Below, piece by piece: positions 1-5,985 of a stretch of 5,985 bases of DNA; position 1 is the first letter of the stretch, and every line of letters begins with the position of its first letter. The DNA is from Amoeboradix gromovi X-113 (taxonomy: Eukaryota > Fungi > Sanchytriomycota). Made by a program: the position numbers and the translations under genes. Below the pieces are notes generated by a model. That model was given only the letters and a program-made list of their open reading frames with translations. It was not told the DNA's origin and ran no database searches. The stretch spans positions 1 to 5,985 of the forward strand of contig JADGIF010000610.1 of NCBI GenBank assembly GCA_018985225.1. The letters are read 5' to 3'.

Positions 1-210
1 TTCCATGCTTGAGTTAAATTACCCTGGGAGTCAGATTAATCATTGAGTTGAATCGGTGTTCAGATTAGATTAGTCTAAGCTTACACAACTACTTAATGTT
101 GCATATCATAAGAGCGCAGTTCCAAATGTCATTGAAAAGCGGTTGGACTTTTTACGGCCAATTTAATATTCTTATCTAATTGGTCTGAAACAAGTGTCTC
201 AAATTCAGAA

Positions 211-684
211 ATGCAAAACTCAATGTTCGAGACGATACCGCTGGTAGAAATAAAGCAGCAGACAAAAATAATGAAATGCATATATCAAGAGCACACATAT
301 GAGATAAACATAGAGCCATATACTTTTGTTAATCAGTTAATACCTAAAGAGTTACAAGGAACTTATAATGTGATTCATTTTGGAACCAGATTGCAACTGA
401 ATAAAAGTGTTGAATATTATATCAAAAGATTCGACCAATATGGTTATATGGTGCATTTGACACCTCCAACGCAGGTGAATCCACAACAACAAACAAATCA
501 AGCAGTGCGGTCCTCAACACCTGATGAACTTTACCTATATCTGTTGTATGGAATAGTCATAGGATTCTTGTTCTCAGTATTTACTTTAATACCACTGAGA
601 ATTAAATCCGATGAGTATAACATATTTAAGGCAGGTTGCTTCCTGGGAATATCAATGAATGTAGTATTAAAATCTATCTTATAA
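211..684 (+). CDS. Ubiquitin-like domain plus two C-terminal transmembrane helices; Dsc3-like (DUF2407)/TMUB-like E3 ligase adaptor. True start may be a downstream ATG (223 or 271).
   Basis: 157-aa ORF. TYEINIEPYTFVNQL...VIHFGTRLQLNKSVEYY...MVHL aligns by eye to ubiquitin (TITLEVEPSDTIENV...LIFAGKQLEDGRTLSDY...TLHL). A P/Q/T/S linker follows, then LYLLYGIVIGFLFSVFTLIPL and IFKAGCFLGISMNVVL, which match the remembered Dsc3 C-terminal pattern (GxxxGF in TM1, GxxxN in TM2). Confidence 0.62.
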   Translation: MQNSMFETIPLVEIKQQTKIMKCIYQEHTYEINIEPYTFVNQLIPKELQGTYNVIHFGTRLQLNKSVEYYIKRFDQYGYMVHLTPPTQVNPQQQTNQAVRSSTPDELYLYLLYGIVIGFLFSVFTLIPLRIKSDEYNIFKAGCFLGISMNVVLKSIL

Positions 685-689
685 ATAAA
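684..689 (+). terminator. Candidate polyadenylation signal AATAAA overlapping the stop codon of 211-684
   Basis: ttaTAAataaat: AATAAA begins at the last base of the TAA, within a 34-bp convergent gap. Confidence 0.4.
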
Positions 690-718
690 TCTCTTGTGCG
701 AAGCTATTTTAGGTTAGA

Positions 719-3469
719 CTATTTACTAATAATACTTGCACTCTTCATGCAAATGGGGCATTCAACATGTTGCGGCACTTGCGTCAATTGCTTATTAGAT
801 TCCATGATAATTTTGAGCTGCTGGGTATTCTTTTTAAACTTTCTAAACGAACTGGCATTAGATGAAGCGCTACTTACGCTTGCAGTTCTTTTTCTTTGTG
901 TTTTAGGTGCATTGACAACTTCTTCAATTTCCAAATCACTAACATGATAGCAATGCCCGCATCCAAAAACCAAATATTCACCCTGACCTATTATCCACGT
1001 ACCACTGAATGACTTGTTCGAGTACTCTTTAAAAATCTTCAAGCAGTCATTTATCATTATTTCGGAGCAGCCAAAAGTCAGTCCTTGTTCTATGTTGTTG
1101 TTGTTCATGATATCCATCATCAATTGCTTTAGTCCTTTGATTTTTGCATTGTTTGGAATATGCTTGATTGTCTCATTTGCCTTGCTGTTAACAAGGCTGG
1201 ATTTTAATATGTATTGCCATATTAAAGGATATTTAACAGCAAAATTTATCAGCAATTCCCAGATCTCCGCGTCCTGCAGATCTTCCGCATATTCAACTGC
1301 TAACTTATAATCTTTATTATGTTCAACAATTATCGTTATGGCATCTTTGCTGTTACCCATTCTCCCATATAAATACAGGCACTCATTTGTGTGTTTATGC
1401 TCCTTGCATTTTTCAATAGCTAGCTGGATTGAGTAGTTATTCGTATTTCTTAAAAAATGCATCAGTTCGTTTGGATGGTCCATTAGTTCAATGAGCAACA
1501 ACTCATGGTACTCGGGGTATAGTTTAACATCTAATTTAAATATGAACGACAACAATGTGTGCAAGTATTTGGTGCTTTTCAATTTAGGTACAACCGTAGT
1601 TATTAAGTTTAGTTTCACTAACAGGTAGTAGCCTACATTCTCAATTGTTATGTTCATACTGCGAGGGAGCTGTGCTGTAGTGGCATACAACAATAGTTTA
1701 TCCAGTAAATGTTTGTATTCCTTTGGGTTGTTAGCAATATCACTTAGACATTCGAAATAATCCAAAACTTGGTTGTTTTTGACTATGAATGGTAGCAAGT
1801 ATGGATGCTCGCTTAGCAAACTAAAGAATGCTTTGTAGTTTTTCAAATCCAGGTATACACAGCATAACAAGTCAAACTGTTTATTTATCAAATACAAATA
1901 TTCCAAACATTGTTTTGATTTACTGTCCTTGTTTTCTTGAGCATTTAACAAGTCAATGCACATGGTTAATGAGAAGCTATTTGGAGGTAAATAATGAATA
2001 AAACTGTTTAATTCACTGTAACACCCAATTGTTATCATATCCTTGATTACAATGTTGTATAGCTGCTGTAGTTCATTGCTAATCGGCATAACACTAGCAA
2101 ATAGCAGCGAGTTATTTTTGTATTTATTATAATAATGGTTGTATTCTGCAGTGGTTAACACGCTATTAAATAGCAGACACGCATTCAGCAAGTCATTTTG
2201 ATTTAAGTATTGATTTATTAATAGAATTCCAACATCATGCAATAGTACAGGGTATCCAACGCTTTTATAAACAGGTATCTGTTCTATTTCGTAACCCGGG
2301 ACTTTGAATGTCGGGTTTCGATATTCTACCTGCGACTGATTTTTAAGTAGCTCCATAGCCTCTAAAATTAAATTATCCTTGACCAACATCTTGCACTGAT
2401 CTGACAATGTAGTTGGATGGCCCAATAGCATGATTTGCGGTGAACTAATTGCGAACAACTCGGAATTGCTTGCAAATTTGTATTCCAAAGGCCTAATAGA
2501 TTTATAGTCTGGGATGGACAATGCAAAAGTATCATTAATTATCAGTGTGTTTGTATCAAACAGTGCTAATATAGGATAGTCGTTGGTAAATTCTGACTGG
2601 TGCTTACGAACTGTGTCATTTGTTGATGTAGAGGCGTCAAAGTCAAACATCTTTGTTATTGTAGTTGTTTCTGCTTCCCCAGTGGTTCTTGTAGGATATC
2701 CTAACAGCAGAATTTTTTGGTTTAATAGTCCCACTCCACATATAGTAAAAGGCAAGGTAGTTTCAAATAACAATTTGAGAGGCTTGAGAGAATACATACA
2801 AAGGTAATTGCTCCACCCTATAATGAGACAAGAATCTGTAAAGTATGCGTGTGCTATGAAATCAAATCGCTTGTCCAAATGTAGTAAAAGATGTTTCTCT
2901 TCATATAAATGTATTTCATTAGAATTGCAGGTTAGAATGTATTTTGAGTGCACAAACAAATTATCAATTGGCTCATTTTCTTCCAGATAGATGATATTTT
3001 TGTTATTATTTAACAATGTAGAAGTATTGTATATTAGCTTATTTTCAAAAGTATACAAGAACTGCGGCTGAATATTACGAGAAACAAAAGAAGAAGTGTT
3101 AGATTGATACAATTGAACACTTTTTACAGGTCTTTGTAGCTGAATTTGATAAATTTGATTCGTATCTATCTGGTAGCAGTAGATAGTGCCATCTAGAGCA
3201 GTGCTGACAACCGTATTATTCTGGGTATCTATTCCTAATATCATTACTTTGTGGGCTTGATAAGAGAGCAAAGTTGAGTATTGCAGAACATTAGAGTTCA
3301 ACTGCATTGGGTCGTTCTCATTGGTAGTTGGAGAGTGCTTAGTTTGGACAGTGAGAACATGTATTGTACCATCATAGCCACCGCAAACTACGTATTTGTG
3401 AATGGCCAAGCAAGAAATAAACTTCAGATTATTGTTGCAAGACTGGATTTCCAAAGCATAGTGTGACAT
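719..3469 (-). CDS. VPS41: Vacuolar protein sorting-associated protein 41 (HOPS tethering complex subunit)
   Basis: 916-aa uninterrupted ORF with colinear Vps41 motifs. WD40 region: ISCLAIHKYVVCGGYDGTIHVL, STALDGTI...RPVKSVQL, LIIGW, FTICG, ISSPQIMLLGHPTTLSD. Clathrin-repeat region: LMHFLRNTNNYSIQLAIEKC...ECLYLYGRMGNSKDAITII...AVEYAEDLQDAEIWELLI. Then HIPNNAKIKGLK...GCSEIMIND and the C-terminal VFGCGHCYH...CPIC. Confidence 0.95.
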   Translation of the reverse strand: MSHYALEIQSCNNNLKFISCLAIHKYVVCGGYDGTIHVLTVQTKHSPTTNENDPMQLNSNVLQYSTLLSYQAHKVMILGIDTQNNTVVSTALDGTIYCYQIDTNQIYQIQLQRPVKSVQLYQSNTSSFVSRNIQPQFLYTFENKLIYNTSTLLNNNKNIIYLEENEPIDNLFVHSKYILTCNSNEIHLYEEKHLLLHLDKRFDFIAHAYFTDSCLIIGWSNYLCMYSLKPLKLLFETTLPFTICGVGLLNQKILLLGYPTRTTGEAETTTITKMFDFDASTSTNDTVRKHQSEFTNDYPILALFDTNTLIINDTFALSIPDYKSIRPLEYKFASNSELFAISSPQIMLLGHPTTLSDQCKMLVKDNLILEAMELLKNQSQVEYRNPTFKVPGYEIEQIPVYKSVGYPVLLHDVGILLINQYLNQNDLLNACLLFNSVLTTAEYNHYYNKYKNNSLLFASVMPISNELQQLYNIVIKDMITIGCYSELNSFIHYLPPNSFSLTMCIDLLNAQENKDSKSKQCLEYLYLINKQFDLLCCVYLDLKNYKAFFSLLSEHPYLLPFIVKNNQVLDYFECLSDIANNPKEYKHLLDKLLLYATTAQLPRSMNITIENVGYYLLVKLNLITTVVPKLKSTKYLHTLLSFIFKLDVKLYPEYHELLLIELMDHPNELMHFLRNTNNYSIQLAIEKCKEHKHTNECLYLYGRMGNSKDAITIIVEHNKDYKLAVEYAEDLQDAEIWELLINFAVKYPLIWQYILKSSLVNSKANETIKHIPNNAKIKGLKQLMMDIMNNNNIEQGLTFGCSEIMINDCLKIFKEYSNKSFSGTWIIGQGEYLVFGCGHCYHVSDLEIEEVVNAPKTQRKRTASVSSASSNASSFRKFKKNTQQLKIIMESNKQLTQVPQHVECPICMKSASIISK

Positions 3470-3493
3470 TTAGTATCAAAAATTATAAAAATG

Positions 3494-3503
3494 TTTATTT
3501 ATT
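3494..3503 (-). terminator. Two overlapping AATAAA hexamers spanning the stop codon of 3495-4568
   Basis: The minus strand reads aag AAT AAA TAA A, giving AATAAA at 3498-3503 and 3494-3499. Confidence 0.4.
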
Positions 3504-4568
3504 CTTACATTTAATGGTTTTGCGGTCAAATTTCGGCATATTGAAACGATAAGATGCTTCACGTTTAAGTTTTAACGAATCGCCAGATACCCGAAGCTCA
3601 AACAAACTGGATGAGCGATATTGATTCCAGGCATTTTTAATCTTTAAAAAATACTTTCCATTGGACTTTTGGACTGATAATACTAGACAGTTTTGATTAT
3701 CAGGAAGCAGATCCTGAAAGAAGTATATGGAATCGCCACTGGAAATCGCTATGTCAGATTCAGAATCAATGTCTTGGAGGTCCACAACACATTTGATATT
3801 TAAATCGATATCAGGCAATTCATCACCGCTCTGATAATCAGCACAAGTCGAAGAATAAGTGTCTCCATTATTATCAGTAAACGATGTGACAAGTTGCCTA
3901 CGCATGCGAAACTCATTCCAAAAATAATTACCGAAAACAATCATTTCATCTTCCACACTGTCATGATTGAGTGTTTGGATTTTATAGCCATAATTACCGT
4001 TATATTGAGTCACAAATATCGACAGCAACACCTTGTAATCTTCTCCTACGAAAAGTACTTCTGGGGTGGTATTGCTAAGATCAAAGATTTTTGAAGTTCT
4101 TCTTTCCTCATTCTTTCGATTGTAACATGTTATCTTTTGATTATTTGGCGCATCATATTTCATTTTCGAGTTAGCTTTTCCACATTCTAATTCGTATTCC
4201 ATGTCAAGACCTTTCCTCCATTTAATTATTTCAATTTGTCCGTCAGCAGACTGAATATCATCGATTACCAATCTTTTTTCTGCAAGTGGTTTTGAAAAAC
4301 ATGTCCTCTTTCCAGCAGCTATAGTCAAATAATCTTTAGTGTCATCAGTTGATACTCTAAAATTTAATAGAATCTCCTTATTTTGACGCCCTATAATTTT
4401 CATATCATCAGATCCCTCAAAATCTACGGTAAAAAGTTGAAAATATCTAACCGCTTCATCAGGTTTTGACGGCACCTCTGATATTTTGCATTTTAATTTC
4501 ACCGTTATCGGTGGCTCAGGATCTAGACAGCTGAAAAAACCGCTGCAAATGCTTGTAATAAGCAACAT
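3495..4568 (-). CDS. Hypothetical, probably secreted protein with three tandem divergent ~100-aa Cys-bracketed beta-rich domains
   Basis: A 357-aa open frame is very unlikely by chance at this AT content. It has a short hydrophobic N-terminus (MLLITSICSGFFSCL), no other TM segment, and regularly spaced Cys pairs C27/C129, C148/C242, C260/C354. No family recognised. Confidence 0.85.
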   Translation of the reverse strand: MLLITSICSGFFSCLDPEPPITVKLKCKISEVPSKPDEAVRYFQLFTVDFEGSDDMKIIGRQNKEILLNFRVSTDDTKDYLTIAAGKRTCFSKPLAEKRLVIDDIQSADGQIEIIKWRKGLDMEYELECGKANSKMKYDAPNNQKITCYNRKNEERRTSKIFDLSNTTPEVLFVGEDYKVLLSIFVTQYNGNYGYKIQTLNHDSVEDEMIVFGNYFWNEFRMRRQLVTSFTDNNGDTYSSTCADYQSGDELPDIDLNIKCVVDLQDIDSESDIAISSGDSIYFFQDLLPDNQNCLVLSVQKSNGKYFLKIKNAWNQYRSSSLFELRVSGDSLKLKREASYRFNMPKFDRKTIKCKNK

Positions 4569-5367
4569 GAATTTGCAAAATATCCTCTATTCCACTGTTA
4601 TATTTTATACTCCTAATCACGCAACCAATCGGAAATGCTGACCTGTGATTTGCAATAATATTTTATCAAAAGTAATCTTTAGACAAGAAACACTGAGTGA
4701 TATAACTGATACTCCTAAACCTGATTTGTTGAAGCTCGAAATGAGAATGTTTCAACAACTTCATCGCAATTGGCAATTTTGGACAATAAACACTAGCTCC
4801 CAATAGGCTTACATAAGCCTTAAAGCAATTCTTAAAATGATGGATGTAACCCAGAAGCAGCCTATCAATTTTTATCACCTTTAGGCGACAACTGGCGTAG
4901 CAATTCCATTTAGTTTCTAGTCAGCACTTTCAAGATTGTGCAGGTTTGACTAATAAACATAAACTCATTTTTAGACCATTTTCTGTGTTCCATATTTTTT
5001 AGCGATGTCCTTGGATTTGGTGTATTGCAGACAAGATGATCTTGACCCATTTCAATTGGTTGAAAGAGAGTTTAAAGTTTTTGTTCTATTGGAAGTTGTC
5101 CGGAAATCAATTACTGGAGTAATAAATTCACAAAATCAATAACAGTATGAGACCCAATTTCAGAAAATGTCCCAACTCTATGTTGTAGGACCACTTGGAA
5201 AGATATTTCAGTCCCATAATATGCAATTAAACCTTTTCTCAATATGAAAATGCACTTGCAGTGTCTCTTTTAAAAGAGCTTGGCTGATTAGCACTTGAGA
5301 ATATCTTGTAATACATCAACCGATAACCATTTTCATCTTCTTCTGTCTTTCTTTTGTATTTGATGAC

Positions 5368-5754
5368 ATGAAGATGTCGGATTTCTGTATTAGTACAAAA
5401 TACCTCTGTATGTACAAACAAGCTGCTATTACCAAATTTAATGCTACCAAAGAGTATGACACAGTCACTTCTAATGTTTCCAAAGAATTTGCCACAGTCA
5501 CTGCTAATTCTACCAAAGAATCTGCCGTCATTACTGCTGCCGCAATGGAAAAACATTTATGGCCTTTGCGCTTTCAAGCCGTAGGATCAACTGCTGGTGC
5601 TGCGGCATTGTTATATGTAGGGTATAGATTCCGTGTCGATGCTAACAGATTGGAGTATGCCGCTCAATTATCAACAGAAATGTGTCAATTGATTGCTGGT
5701 GAAAAAGCATATGTATTTTTCACGATTCATGGCACAGGTGTATGGATAAATTAA
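5368..5754 (+). CDS. Hypothetical protein with 11-aa repeats and a hydrophobic helix; possibly one exon or a pseudogene fragment
   Basis: 128-aa ORF containing a repeat whose period is a multiple of 3 (33 bp), followed by the hydrophobic segment AVGSTAGAAALLYVGY and a basic RFR. Start and end are uncertain. Confidence 0.55.
   Translation: MKMSDFCISTKYLCMYKQAAITKFNATKEYDTVTSNVSKEFATVTANSTKESAVITAAAMEKHLWPLRFQAVGSTAGAAALLYVGYRFRVDANRLEYAAQLSTEMCQLIAGEKAYVFFTIHGTGVWIN
5440..5538 (+). repeat. Three imperfect 33-bp tandem repeats, plus a degenerate copy at 5407-5439
   Basis: aatgctaccaaagagtatgacacagtcacttct / aatgtttccaaagaatttgccacagtcactgct / aattctaccaaagaatctgccgtcattactgct, translating as NATKEYDTVTS / NVSKEFATVTA / NSTKESAVITA. 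Confidence 0.9.
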
Positions 5755-5759
5755 TTTAA

Positions 5760-5978
5760 AAATGGAATGAAAGGGTTTGGGTTGGTTTAACAACGAAATT
5801 AGCAAGACTACTCATTCAAATAGTGGAAAAAATTAATGACTGTCTGACGATTTGTCTTGAGTACATGAATAAAGTTAATTACACCAGGGAATCTTCAAAT
5901 GCTCTTTTAAGCAGAGTTAGCACAAAAGCAGTGTTTTGGCAAATTGGAGCAAGCCTTTGTTCAGGACGAAAGACGTAA
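5760..5978 (+). pseudogene. Open segment of 72 codons without an early ATG; possible second exon or frameshifted continuation of 5368-5754
   Basis: Translated by hand: KWNERVWVGLTTKLARLLIQIVEKINDCLTICLEYMNKVNYTRESSNALLSRVSTKAVFWQIGASLCSGRKT*. It starts after a 5-nt gap from the stop of the preceding ORF, in a different frame. Confidence 0.3.
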
Positions 5979-5985
5979 TATAGAG

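Noticed and set aside
2-166. Protein-like plus frame 2 (SMLELNYPGSQINH*VESVFRLD*SKLTQLLNVAYHKSAVPNVIEKRLDFLRPI*) as the tail of an upstream gene; also an intron-like GTAAGC...CAG on the minus strand
   Set aside because: Two internal stops, no recognisable homology, and truncated by the window edge; neither strand can be supported.
636-3466. Plus-strand ORFs 636-947, 1014-1310, 2583-2807, 2808-2990 and 3281-3466
   Set aside because: Antisense shadows of VPS41 with non-ATG starts and no motifs.
211-3469. Functional cluster of a Dsc3-like gene and VPS41 (both endomembrane/vacuole related)
   Set aside because: Convergent orientation and no synteny evidence; adjacency in a compact eukaryotic genome is likely coincidental.
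3894-4094. 66-aa plus-strand ORF
   Set aside because: TTG start and fully antisense to the 357-aa gene.
4666-4878. 70-aa minus-strand ORF
   Set aside because: GTG start, short, no recognisable motif; not distinguishable from chance or an antisense shadow.
2-4920. Stop-codon reassignment (TAG/TAA to Gln, TGA to Trp), suggested by in-frame stops at 44 and 71, after the VPS41 stop, and at 4804/4882/4918
   Set aside because: The Gln-rich 916-aa ORF and the 357-aa ORF contain no internal stops, and VPS41 ends on TAG just after the RING, where the family ends.
5440-5538. 33-bp repeats as a CRISPR array
   Set aside because: Units are contiguous with no spacers, in frame and imperfect, in a eukaryotic context with no cas genes.
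5239-5556. Minus-strand ORFs 5239-5556 and 5316-5531
   Set aside because: Largely explained by the stop-free 33-bp repeat antisense to 5368-5754. A faint likeness of KRKTEE...KIF to the orphan's RKNEE...KIF is too weak to use.
5747-5763. TTTAAAA as a -1 frameshift slippery site
   Set aside because: It lies after the frame-1 stop, and the target frame has its own TAA at 5757-5759.

Overview
AT-rich (roughly one third GC by eye), very gene-dense, apparently intronless eukaryotic DNA read with the standard code. The anchor is a divergent full-length VPS41 (HOPS subunit; minus strand, 719-3469) with WD40 propeller, clathrin-repeat/alpha-solenoid and a degenerate C-terminal RING-H2. It converges, 34 bp apart, on a small ubiquitin-like-domain plus two-TM protein resembling a minimal Dsc3/TMUB (211-684). 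Only 25 bp upstream of VPS41 on the same strand lies a 357-aa orphan, probably secreted, built from three divergent Cys-bracketed domains (3495-4568). The last 1.4 kb is less tidy: about 800 bp without a convincing gene, a 128-aa ORF with 33-bp (11-aa) tandem repeats and a hydrophobic helix, and an out-of-frame open segment that may be its broken or spliced continuation. Compaction and divergence suggest a reduced early-diverging fungal or fungus-related parasite (inference only). I see no mobile element, CRISPR array, RNA gene or clear multi-gene novel system. The best leads are the triple-domain orphan and the half-RING of Vps41.
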